From: Gemmatimonadales bacterium | GTDB taxonomy: Bacteria; Gemmatimonadota; Gemmatimonadetes; Gemmatimonadales; GWC2-71-9 | Reading direction: 5' to 3' | Length of the DNA: 64,000 bases | Assembly: GCA_035491895.1 (NCBI GenBank) | Contig: DATJJY010000084.1 | Coordinates: 7,192 to 71,191, forward strand | Part shown: positions 44,167 to 52,654 of the stretch, piece by piece | Numbering within the stretch: position 1 is the first letter of the stretch | Layout: every line of letters starts with the position of its first letter | Position numbers and translations under genes: made by a program | Notes under the pieces: model-generated | Seen by the model: only the letters and a program-made list of their open reading frames with translations | Told to the model about the DNA's origin: nothing | The model's database searches: none

Positions 44167-45267
44167 ATGACCGCGCCTGTACCCATCCTCGTCGTCGACG
44201 ACGAGGAGCCGATTCGGAACGCCCTCAAGCGCTATCTCACCAAGCAGGAGTTTCTGGTTCATACCGCGTCATCGGGAGAGGAGGCTCTGACCCAGCTTCA
44301 GGCACACGAGGACGTCGCGCTCATGTTGTGCGACATCCGGATGGCCGGTATGAGCGGCGTGGACATCGTTCCCCAGGCGCTCGAGCTGTCGCCGGATCTG
44401 GCGATTCTGATGCTCACGGCGGTGAACGACGCGACGACTGCGGCGCTGTGCATGCAGCGCGGCGCCCTCGACTACCTTACCAAGCCGGTCGAGCTCCTGG
44501 AGCTGGGCCGGACGATTCAGCGGGCGCTGAAGCGGCGCGAGATGATGATCGGTCGACGCGAGCTCGATCAGCATATCAAGGAAGAGGTCGAGCGCCGCAC
44601 CCAGGAATTCCAACGCGAGCGGGCACGGCTCGAGCGGGTCTCCGTGGCCACCCTCGAGGTCCTGATCAACGCCCTGGAGGCCAAAGACCCCTACCTCCGT
44701 GGGCACTCCGCCCGCGTGGCGGATCTCTCCGCCACAATCGCCGCCGAGATGAGCCTCCCGGACGACGAGATCGAGCAGATCCGTCTGGCGGGCCGGTTGC
44801 ACGACATCGGCAAGATCGGAACGCGGGAGGACGTGCAGAACAAGCACGGACCATTGACCCCCGAAGAGTACGAGCACATCAAGCAGCACGTGGTCATTGG
44901 GTCTCAGATTCTCGGGCCCCTTGCACACCTCGGTCCCATCATCGACGTCGTCCGCAGCCACCACGAGCGGTGGGACGGTTCCGGGTATCCGGACGGGCGC
45001 CGCGGCGATGAAATCCCGCTCGCCGCGCGCATCATCGGCGCCGCCGAGGTGTGGGATGCCCTCAGCACTTCCCGCCCCTATCAGGAGAAGCTCACTGCAG
45101 AGCAGGCGGTTCGTCGGATGGGAGAGCTGTCCGGTTCCGTCATCGACCCCGCGGTCTTCGCGGCTCTTTCGGAGGTCGTGAAGCGGCGGCGGTCCCTGAC
45201 ATTCCTGATCGATGGTGAGGGCACTCCGCACGAAATGCGGGAGTGGGGGGTAGAGAGCCCCTCATGA
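44167..45267 (+). CDS. Response regulator with HD-GYP domain (c-di-GMP phosphodiesterase type), paralogue A
   Basis: ILVVDDEEPIRNAL..MLCDIRMAGMSG..LTKP receiver domain. HSARVADL..RLHDIGKIG..HHERWDGSGYPDG..IPLAARIIGAAEVWDAL are HD-GYP motifs. Confidence 0.9.
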   Translation: MTAPVPILVVDDEEPIRNALKRYLTKQEFLVHTASSGEEALTQLQAHEDVALMLCDIRMAGMSGVDIVPQALELSPDLAILMLTAVNDATTAALCMQRGALDYLTKPVELLELGRTIQRALKRREMMIGRRELDQHIKEEVERRTQEFQRERARLERVSVATLEVLINALEAKDPYLRGHSARVADLSATIAAEMSLPDDEIEQIRLAGRLHDIGKIGTREDVQNKHGPLTPEEYEHIKQHVVIGSQILGPLAHLGPIIDVVRSHHERWDGSGYPDGRRGDEIPLAARIIGAAEVWDALSTSRPYQEKLTAEQAVRRMGELSGSVIDPAVFAALSEVVKRRRSLTFLIDGEGTPHEMREWGVESPS

Positions 45268-45352
45268 AGGACTCGATGGCACGTCGATTGCCGCTATTGA
45301 CCCAGGATACGGCCGAGACGAGGTTGGCGTACATCTGGAGGGGACGCAGGTA

Positions 45353-46606
45353 ATGGCGGACGTGCAGTCGATGGGGCTGGGGTTGTCGCACGTCGTGTTT
45401 CTGGAGCGAGCAGCACGTGAGCACGATTCCGCCCAGAGCCGGTTCGGACAGGCGGCGTTTCTCGTGTTGCGGCTCATCGACCTGCTCGGTGCGCGCGAGA
45501 AGGCGCCGAACGGGGACGAGCTGTTCGGCTACCAGGCCGCGGCGACGGGCCGATATTGCCACGAACAGCTCGATCCGGGACCACAGGCCGACCGTCTCCT
45601 CGACCTCGTCAGCGCCGCCTCGTACGCCCATCGTCGCAAGAACCCCGGCCACATCGCTCCCGTGATGTTCGATCTCACGCGGGACTTGATCGCCGCCAGC
45701 CATTTCGAGGAAGCGCTCGACGTGCTCACAACCTTCGAGCGGACCGCGGGTACGGAGATCGAACCCTCAGCAGAGATCACCGTGGCCATGCTCACCGGGC
45801 GGGCCAGGCGTCTCACGGCGCAATTCGACGAGGCGGAGGCGGCGTACCGGCGTGCCGGAGTGTTGGCCACGGCCCAAAGTGACCATCGCATGGAAGCGTT
45901 CTCACGCCTGGGCCGCGCCATCGTGCACCAGTCGCGAGGCAACCTGGCGGAGGCGGAGCGGGAGTATTCCGAGCTGCTCGGGGACGCGCGCACGCTGGGG
46001 GATCGCGGTCTGGAATCACAGGTGGAAAACGGTTTGGGAGTCGTCCTGGGCTATCGGGGCCAGATCCCGGATTCCGCTCCACACTTTTGGAGAGCCTTCG
46101 AGCTGTCGCAGGATGATCCAGAGGAAGCGCTGGGCGCGCTGCACAACCTGGGGTACACGCTATCGCGGTTGGGAATGGCAGAAGCCGCCGAGCGGGCATT
46201 TCGATTCGTGCTCGAGCGGGCGCACGGCGTCGAGGTCATGAACAACGCGAGGATCGAGTTGATGCACTGCGCGTCCTACCGCCGGGATCGCGTCGGCTTC
46301 GCCCGCTGGAACGCCGAGTGCGGGCGCTCGTTGGCGACGATGCTGCCCAACCAGGTGGCGGATTATCATCTCAAGGTGGGAATCGGGCTGGCGCGTTTCG
46401 GCCAGTTCGATCGGACCACCAACGAGCTGCGGCTCGCGCTCGACGTCGCACGCGCCAGCGGCCTGCACGAGTTTGAATTCCGTATCGAGCGGATCATGGC
46501 GGGGCTGAGCGGTTGCGAGTTTCTCCAGCATGATGTCGAGACCGTGTCACCAGCCTGGGCGGCCGTATCGAGCATCGCGACCGCCCTGGCTGGTCTCGTC
46601 CCGTAG
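45353..46606 (+). CDS. TPR-like helical-repeat protein (hypothetical regulator/scaffold)
   Basis: C-terminal two-thirds consist of 34-aa-like helical repeats (..AEAAYRRAGVLATAQSDHRMEAFSRLGRAIVHQSRGNLAEAEREYSELL..). No catalytic motifs. Confidence 0.55.
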   Translation: MADVQSMGLGLSHVVFLERAAREHDSAQSRFGQAAFLVLRLIDLLGAREKAPNGDELFGYQAAATGRYCHEQLDPGPQADRLLDLVSAASYAHRRKNPGHIAPVMFDLTRDLIAASHFEEALDVLTTFERTAGTEIEPSAEITVAMLTGRARRLTAQFDEAEAAYRRAGVLATAQSDHRMEAFSRLGRAIVHQSRGNLAEAEREYSELLGDARTLGDRGLESQVENGLGVVLGYRGQIPDSAPHFWRAFELSQDDPEEALGALHNLGYTLSRLGMAEAAERAFRFVLERAHGVEVMNNARIELMHCASYRRDRVGFARWNAECGRSLATMLPNQVADYHLKVGIGLARFGQFDRTTNELRLALDVARASGLHEFEFRIERIMAGLSGCEFLQHDVETVSPAWAAVSSIATALAGLVP

Positions 46607-46613
46607 TCCTCGA

Positions 46614-46769
46614 TCAGTGATGACAGGTCGAGCCGTTCTGGTAGTCGCACGACGCGTCCGCCCGGACCGGTGCCGGACCCGTGGCATTCGAAGCGTTCGA
46701 ACATGCCGATGCACCAAGCACGAAACAGACTACGACGAGGGCGACGAGAGCAGCGATCCGACGGGACAT
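46614..46769 (-). CDS. Candidate 51-aa secreted/lipidated Cys-containing peptide (not in the ORF track)
   Basis: GGAGG lies 6 nt upstream of ATG 46769. MSRRIAALVALVVVCFVLGASAC|SNASNATGPAPVRADASCDYQNGSTCHH, TGA at 46614-46616. It has a signal peptide with an ASA-C cleavage site or lipobox-like site. Confidence 0.4.
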   Translation of the reverse strand: MSRRIAALVALVVVCFVLGASACSNASNATGPAPVRADASCDYQNGSTCHH

Positions 46770-46887
46770 GGAGAGCCTCCAGCGGTGTGAGAGTAGACAG
46801 CACCACAGCTGGGGCTCATATTGGACGGGGCAGGCAGGGTTTTTGAGGTCAGATTTGCGACAACTTAGGTTGTTCCTGCGACATTAG

Positions 46888-47691
46888 ATGCTCGTCCTCG
46901 CCGCCGTTCCCGAAATTCAAGTGCTCCGACTGCGCCGCGCAGCCGGAGCGCGGTTCGGGTTTGTCTCAACCGGTGCGTGGGGCGATGTGGTCGACCTCAT
47001 TTGTCGACAGCCGATCGAGCTCGCGGTCGTCGATCCGATGCTCTCCGGCGAGCCGCGCAGCCAGGAGATCGAGCGGCTGCGTCTGCTCTTCCCTTCCCTC
47101 CCGGTGCTGCTGTACACGACATTCACACCCGCACTCGCGCCGGTGCTGCTCGCCCTCGGTCGCCAGGGTGTGCAGGAGGTCGTGTTCTGCCGGCTCGACG
47201 ATCACCCCGACGGGCTGCGCACGGCGCTGGAGCGCGAGCAGGCCCGCGCCTGCTCGCAGCAGCTGCTGGAGCAGATCTCGCAGACGTTTGCGCCGTTGCG
47301 CGCCGAGATCCGCTGGCTGCTCGAAGGGGCGCTGCGCGCTCCGGAGGGAGTCCAGACGGTCGAGCAGCTCGCCGCCTCCGCGGGAGTAGGACGCCGCACG
47401 TGCGAGCGATGGTTCATGCGCGCGGCGATGCCCAGCCCGCGGCACTTCCTCGCGGCGGCGCGCGTTCTGTACGCGCACCGCCTGCTGCAGGACCCCGGCT
47501 TCACGGTCGAAGACGTCGCCAAACGCCTCGGCTACTCGCAGGTGCGTACGCTGCAGCAGCACGCGCGCTTCTACCTCGGCCTGACGGCGGGCGAGATGCG
47601 CCTGTCGTTGACGCCGGACGCCGCCCTGCAGCTCGTCGCCCGACGGTTCCTCACACTCCCCCACGCGGCCGCCGAGACCGAGGCGTCGTGA
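46888..47691 (+). CDS. AraC-family regulator with N-terminal receiver-like (pseudo-REC) domain
   Basis: N-terminus ..IELAVVDPMLSGEP..LPVLLYTTF.. is receiver-like, but lacks the DD acidic pair at beta-1. C-terminal AraC HTH ..VEQLAASAGVGRRTCERWF..FTVEDVAKRLGYSQVRTLQQHARFYLG. Confidence 0.75.
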   Translation: MLVLAAVPEIQVLRLRRAAGARFGFVSTGAWGDVVDLICRQPIELAVVDPMLSGEPRSQEIERLRLLFPSLPVLLYTTFTPALAPVLLALGRQGVQEVVFCRLDDHPDGLRTALEREQARACSQQLLEQISQTFAPLRAEIRWLLEGALRAPEGVQTVEQLAASAGVGRRTCERWFMRAAMPSPRHFLAAARVLYAHRLLQDPGFTVEDVAKRLGYSQVRTLQQHARFYLGLTAGEMRLSLTPDAALQLVARRFLTLPHAAAETEAS

Positions 47692-48542
47692 CCGGTAGTT
47701 CGCAGGTCATTCGCGTCGCCCACAGCCCCGACTCGGACGACGCGTTCATGTTCTGGGCACTGGCGGCCGGGCGCATCGACACCAACGGGCGCCGCTACGT
47801 CCACGAGCTGGCCGATATCGAGACGCTGAATCGCCGCGCCCTCGCCGGCGAGCTGGAAGTCACCGCCGTCTCCATCCACGCCTATGCGTATCTCGCCGAC
47901 CGCTACGCCCTGCTCGCCCACGGAGCGAGCATCGGCGACCGCTACGGCCCCCGCATCGTCGCGCGGGAGCGCGCGCCGGCCGATCCTCGCGCCGCCCTCG
48001 CGGGGCGCACCGTCGCCGTTCCGGGCGAGCTCACCACCGCCTTTCTGGCGCTGCGCCTCTTCCAACCGGCGGCCCAGACCGTCGTGGTGCCGTTCGATCA
48101 GATCGAGGAGTACGTCGCGGCCGGACGCGCCGACGCCGGACTCTTGATCCACGAGGGCCAGCTCACCTTCGCCGACCGGGGCCTGCATCTCTGGGTCGAC
48201 CTGGGCGAGTGGTGGGATGACGAGACCGGATTGCCCCTGCCGCTCGGCGGCAATGTGGCACGCCGGGACCTCGGGGAGGCGTTGCTCGGCGCCGTCGCCG
48301 CCGATCTCAAAGCCAGTATCGAATACGCCCTCGCCCACCGCACCGAGGCGCTGGCGCACGCGCAGAGCTTCAGCCGCGGCCTCGACCCGGCCAAGACCGA
48401 CCGATTCGTCGGGATGTACGTCAACGACTATACGGTGGACTACGGCGAGCGCGGGCGGCGGGCGGTCCACGAGCTGCTCGCCCGCGGGCACCGCGCGGGC
48501 ATCGTGCCCGGTCCCGTGCCCCTGCAGTTCGTGGCGGCGTAA
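47688..48542 (+). CDS. MqnA/MqnD/SBP-fold family protein (futalosine-pathway-like)
   Basis: GTG 47688 overlaps the AraC stop (GTGA). IRVAHSPDSDDAFMFWALAAGRIDT.. and ..LLIHEGQLTF..GLPLPLGGNV.. resemble 1,4-dihydroxy-6-naphthoate synthase / chorismate dehydratase family proteins. The stop overlaps the next start (TAATG). Confidence 0.7.
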   Translation: MTGSSQVIRVAHSPDSDDAFMFWALAAGRIDTNGRRYVHELADIETLNRRALAGELEVTAVSIHAYAYLADRYALLAHGASIGDRYGPRIVARERAPADPRAALAGRTVAVPGELTTAFLALRLFQPAAQTVVVPFDQIEEYVAAGRADAGLLIHEGQLTFADRGLHLWVDLGEWWDDETGLPLPLGGNVARRDLGEALLGAVAADLKASIEYALAHRTEALAHAQSFSRGLDPAKTDRFVGMYVNDYTVDYGERGRRAVHELLARGHRAGIVPGPVPLQFVAA

Positions 48543-49603
48543 TGGAGAAGTCGGTGGACACCACCCGGAGCCCGGCGGTGCTCATCGTGGACGACGAAGA
48601 GCCGATCCGCACCGCGCTGCAACGGTTCCTCAAAGGACTCGAGCTACCTTCGTTCACTGCGGCCTCGGGCGCCGAAGCGCTCGAAGTGCTCCGCACCACT
48701 CCGATCGCGCTGATGCTCGCCGACATCCGCATGCCGGGAATGAGCGGCATCGATCTCGTTCCGCAGGCGGTGGCGATCGACCCCGACCTCGCGGTAGTCA
48801 TGCTCTCGGCGGTCAACGACGCGACCACCGCCGCACTCTGCATGCAGCGGGGCGCCATGGACTACCTGACGAAGCCGCTCGACCTAGACGACCTGGCACG
48901 CGCCGTTCAGGCTGCGCTGCGCCGCCGGGAAGCGCGGCGCGTGACGCGCGAGCTCGATCAACGAGCCAAGGAGTCGTTGGAGCGGGAGCGGGCCAAAGCG
49001 GCGCGGTTGACCGTGGCGACCTTGGAAGCGCTGGTGAACGCGATGGAGGCACGGGACCCTTACCTCCGCGGCCATTCAGCGCGCGTGGCCGACCTCGCCG
49101 CGACCGTCGCCGCTCACCTCGGATTGTCGGATGACATGGTCGAAGCGGTTCGGCTCGGCGGCCGGCTGCACGACATCGGGAAGATCGGCACGCGCGAGAG
49201 CGTCCTCAACAAGCAGGGACCGCTGACGCCCGAGGAGAACGAGCACATCAAGCAGCACGTCGTCATCGGGTCGCAGCTCCTGGCACCGATCGACGAGCTG
49301 CGCCCCGTGCTCGGTGGCATACGCAATCACCACGAGCGCTGGGACGGCTCGGGCTATCCGGACGGGCTCAAGGGCGAGGAGATACCACTCATCGCTCGCA
49401 TCATCGGCGCTGCGGAGGTCTATGATGCACTGAGCACCAGCCGTTCATATCAGGAGAAGATGTCGCCGTACGAAGCGGTGCAGCGGATGGGAGAAATGGC
49501 GGGAACGGTGCTCGACCCGCGCGTCTACGCCTCCCTCGCCGAGGTGGTACGCCGGCGGCGCTCGCTCGTCTTCCTCGAGGGCAGCGACGCACCAGGGTCC
49601 TGA
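48542..49603 (+). CDS. Response regulator with HD-GYP domain, paralogue B
   Basis: VLIVDDEEPIRTAL..MLADIRMPGMSG..LTKP. HSARVADL..RLHDIGKIG..HHERWDGSGYPDG..IPLIARIIGAAEVYDAL. Collinear with 44167..45267 along its whole length. Confidence 0.9.
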   Translation: MEKSVDTTRSPAVLIVDDEEPIRTALQRFLKGLELPSFTAASGAEALEVLRTTPIALMLADIRMPGMSGIDLVPQAVAIDPDLAVVMLSAVNDATTAALCMQRGAMDYLTKPLDLDDLARAVQAALRRREARRVTRELDQRAKESLERERAKAARLTVATLEALVNAMEARDPYLRGHSARVADLAATVAAHLGLSDDMVEAVRLGGRLHDIGKIGTRESVLNKQGPLTPEENEHIKQHVVIGSQLLAPIDELRPVLGGIRNHHERWDGSGYPDGLKGEEIPLIARIIGAAEVYDALSTSRSYQEKMSPYEAVQRMGEMAGTVLDPRVYASLAEVVRRRRSLVFLEGSDAPGS

Positions 49604-49613
49604 AAAGACCAAA

Positions 49614-49636
49614 CCCGGGGGCTTGCGCACCCCGGG
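49614..49636. terminator. GC hairpin, possible bidirectional terminator
   Basis: CCCGGGG-GCTTGCGCA-CCCCGGG gives a 7-bp stem. It is preceded by AAAAGACCAAA, which forms the U tract for minus-strand transcripts from the pseudopilin gene. Confidence 0.4.
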
Positions 49637-49809
49637 CTGGCGGGTCGGGCGAAGTGGCCGTCACACCTCGGCCGCGACCTCTTTCACGAACATCGTTGTC
49701 CTAGCGCCCTATCTACGCATCCAACGGCAGAATTGTTGCAACCCCGCTGCTCTGCCGCTGCACCCCGTTTGATGCATCCCCCGGCCAAACCGTTGCACCC
49801 ATGCTGGAA

Positions 49810-50238
49810 TCAGGAGCGCCGTACGCGACCCAGGCGGGATGTCGTGATTGTTTCAATCTGTGACCCACGGCTCAGCACGATGCGAGTATTGGAGAGTCCC
49901 CAAGCGATCCCAAGTGGACTGAAGACGACTTCGGGGTTGGAAACCGTGAGCGTCACACCCGCCGAGGCGGGACCGGCCCACCGCGCGTAGGGCTCCCACC
50001 CTGCAGGACCTTCCCGGTCGATTCGCAATGAGTCGGCGGCGATGCGCAATCGGGCGCGCGTGCCACGCAGCACAGCGGCGGTACGCGTAACCGCCAGCGC
50101 GCTGGTCACGTCGCGCGCGGCTCCGTCCGCGGCGATCCAGTCGACGAGCGGGACGAGACGCCACACGGCGAATGTCGTGAGCACCGCCTCAATGGCGAGG
50201 ACTGCGACCAGCTCGAGGAGTGTAAAGCCCCGGCGCAT
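49810..50238 (-). CDS. Type IV pilin-like / GspH-FimT family pseudopilin
   Basis: MRRGFTLLELVAVLAIEAVL is the prepilin N-methylation motif (G|FTLLE). 142 aa. Confidence 0.75.
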   Translation of the reverse strand: MRRGFTLLELVAVLAIEAVLTTFAVWRLVPLVDWIAADGAARDVTSALAVTRTAAVLRGTRARLRIAADSLRIDREGPAGWEPYARWAGPASAGVTLTVSNPEVVFSPLGIAWGLSNTRIVLSRGSQIETITTSRLGRVRRS

Positions 50239-50357
50239 GACCCAAGTATGGGCTCGCCGATTGGGCGAGCGTCATCAGAAAACGACGACGCGGGCCGGAA
50301 ACACGCACGGCGGCGACGAATACGGCCCTGGTCTAACCCGCCAGCCGGGGGGACGCT

Positions 50358-51008
50358 ATGTTGAAAACGATGACCGCCGCGCCGCAGCGCGATCCTCTCC
50401 ATACCCTGCGAGAGTACCGCAATCTCGCGCCGTGGAACCTGCACGACCTGTCGATCCTCGTGGGTGCCGTGCTGCACGCTTCGGCCGTGACGCCGATCAA
50501 TGCCGCGGCGCGCGCCACGCCGAGCCAGCGCACCATCCGGTTCTACGTCGCCCGCGGGCTCGTCGCGCCGCCCGAAGGACGGGGCACGGCGGCCACCTAT
50601 ACCTACCGGCATTTCCTGCAGCTGCTGTGCATCAAGCTGCGGCAGATGGAGGGCGCGACGCTGGCCGCCATCACACGGGACATGGAGGATCAAACGGGCG
50701 ACGTGCTGGAGCGGCGCGCCGCACAGACCCTGGGAGCGGCGCTGCCGCCGCCCGACCGGTTGTCGCTGCGCGGCGGTGAAGGATTGCCGCGGGGTCGCTC
50801 GGGCCGCGCCATCAACGCGTGGCTGTCTCGCGACATCGAGCGCGAGCCAGGCGCGCCGTCCAGCTGGCGGCGCATTCCCGTCGCCCGCGGAGTCGAGCTG
50901 CACCTCGATGCGGACCACCCGCTCGCGCGGCTCGGTCCCGAGGAGGCCGGCGTAGCCGAAATGGTGCGGCAGGCGCTCGCGAAACTCCTACCACAGTGGC
51001 CCGCGTAG
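50358..51008 (+). CDS. MerR-like HTH domain protein
   Basis: ..PSQRTIRFYVARGLVAPPEGRGTAATYTYRHFLQLLCIKLRQMEGATLAAI.. matches the MerR HTH plus wing pattern. The C-terminal part is unassigned. Confidence 0.6.
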   Translation: MLKTMTAAPQRDPLHTLREYRNLAPWNLHDLSILVGAVLHASAVTPINAAARATPSQRTIRFYVARGLVAPPEGRGTAATYTYRHFLQLLCIKLRQMEGATLAAITRDMEDQTGDVLERRAAQTLGAALPPPDRLSLRGGEGLPRGRSGRAINAWLSRDIEREPGAPSSWRRIPVARGVELHLDADHPLARLGPEEAGVAEMVRQALAKLLPQWPA

Positions 51009-51038
51009 TACCCATTCTCCACATCCGGGAGTAAACCC

Positions 51039-51626
51039 ATGGGCGGTGTGATTCTGCTGATCATCCTCGGGGTGGTAGTACTGTACGGGATCAGCGCATA
51101 CAACGGCCTCGTCAGCCTCAAGAACCAGACGCTCAACGCGTTCAAGCAGATCGACGTCCAGCTGAAGCGGCGTCACGATCTCATTCCCAACCTAGTGAAC
51201 GCCGTGAAGGGCGCGATGGACTTCGAGAAGTCCACGCTCGAGGCGGTGATCCAGGCCCGCAACCAGGCGGTGTCGGCCGGGGCCAACGCGGGACCCGATG
51301 CGATGAAGCAGGTGGGGGCAGCGGAGAACCAGCTGACGGCCGCGCTGTCGCGCTTCAACGTCGTGGTCGAGCAATATCCGCAGCTCAAAGCCACCGGCAA
51401 CGTCTCTCAGCTGCAGGAAGAGCTGACCTCCACCGAGAACCGCATCAGCTTCGCCCGGCAGGGATATAACGACACTGCCACGCAGTACAACACCAAGCAG
51501 CAGCAGTTTCCCACGAACATGTTCGCCGGCATCGCCAAGGCGTCGCCGGCCGAGCTGTGGGAGATCACGGACGAGGGCGAGCGCGCCGTCCCGCAGGTCG
51601 ATCTCTCCATGAAGCCCAGGGCGTGA
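51039..51626 (+). CDS. lemA: LemA family protein
   Basis: N-terminal TM helix, then YNGLVSLKNQTLNAFKQIDVQLKRRHDLIPNLVNAVKG..EAVIQARN..YPQLKA..ENRISFARQGYNDTATQYNT. Confidence 0.9.
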   Translation: MGGVILLIILGVVVLYGISAYNGLVSLKNQTLNAFKQIDVQLKRRHDLIPNLVNAVKGAMDFEKSTLEAVIQARNQAVSAGANAGPDAMKQVGAAENQLTAALSRFNVVVEQYPQLKATGNVSQLQEELTSTENRISFARQGYNDTATQYNTKQQQFPTNMFAGIAKASPAELWEITDEGERAVPQVDLSMKPRA

Positions 51627-52654
51627 CGGACGACACCGGACTCAATCTTTTTCAGCAGCAGGAGGCGAATCGCCGGCGCACCATCTGGCTGGTGATCGCC
51701 TTCGTGCTGTTCTTCGCCTGGCTCGGATTCGGCGGGGACTTCGCGTACTGGCTCGCCACGTCGGACGCCGCCCCGGAAACGTACCACCACACCTTCCCCT
51801 GGTTCGGCCTCGTCATGACGGCCATCGGCGCTGGCATCGCGCGCTACGGGTTTGTCACCGGGCCGAACAAGGTGCTGTGGTCGACCGGGGCAGTGAAGCT
51901 CGAGGACCCCCAGACCGACAAGGAGCGCCAGCTCGTCAACGTCGTCGAGGAGATGGCGATCGCCGCCGGTATTCCGCGACCGGACATCTGGATCGTCCCC
52001 GACTCCGATCCCAACGCCTTCGCGACGGGTCTCGACCAGGGTCACTCCCACATCGCCGTGACGCAGGGGTTACTGGACATCTGCAGTCGCGACGAGCTGC
52101 AGGCGGTGGTGGCGCACGAGCTGGGACACGTGAAAAACCTCGACGTGCGACTGATGACTACCCTCGCAGCGCTGGTCGGCGCGGTGGCGCTGATGCACGA
52201 CGGCGTCGGCCGGCTGCTCTCCTCCGGAGGGCGGCTCGGCGGCGGCTCGCGTGGCGGGAAGGGCAAGGGTGGCGGCATCGTCGTCATCGTCGTCCTGGTC
52301 CTCTGGGTGATCTCCTGGATTCTCGCCCCGATCATCGCCCAGTTCCTGGCGATGGCCGTGAGCCGGAAGCGGGAATACCTGGCGGACGCGATGGGCGCGC
52401 AATTCACCCGCAATCCGATGGCGCTGGCCACCGCGCTCACCAAGATCGAATCGGCCGATGCGCCGACGACGTCGATCAAGCGCGGCGCCGCCCATCTCTG
52501 CATCGCCGATCCCCTGGGGCGGCGCGCCAACCTGCGCGAGGGCGGCCTGTCCGACCTGTTCGCCACCCACCCGCCGATGGCGGCCCGCATCGCCCGGCTC
52601 AAGGGCATGGCCTACCAGCGCCTCAAGGCTGAAGGACAGTTTCCGGCAGCGTGA
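51623..52654 (+). CDS. M48 family (HtpX-like) membrane zinc metalloprotease
   Basis: GTG 51623 overlaps the lemA stop (GTGA). TM helices, HELGHVKNLD (HExxH), later ..REYLADAMGAQFT.. and ..FATHPPMAARIARL. Confidence 0.85.
   Translation: MTDDTGLNLFQQQEANRRRTIWLVIAFVLFFAWLGFGGDFAYWLATSDAAPETYHHTFPWFGLVMTAIGAGIARYGFVTGPNKVLWSTGAVKLEDPQTDKERQLVNVVEEMAIAAGIPRPDIWIVPDSDPNAFATGLDQGHSHIAVTQGLLDICSRDELQAVVAHELGHVKNLDVRLMTTLAALVGAVALMHDGVGRLLSSGGRLGGGSRGGKGKGGGIVVIVVLVLWVISWILAPIIAQFLAMAVSRKREYLADAMGAQFTRNPMALATALTKIESADAPTTSIKRGAAHLCIADPLGRRANLREGGLSDLFATHPPMAARIARLKGMAYQRLKAEGQFPAA

Noticed and set aside
47688-48542. Using the MqnA/D-like gene as evidence for a futalosine menaquinone pathway locus.
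   Set aside because: It is the only mqn-like gene in the window and is embedded in a signalling operon. Pathway assignment needs the rest of the genome.
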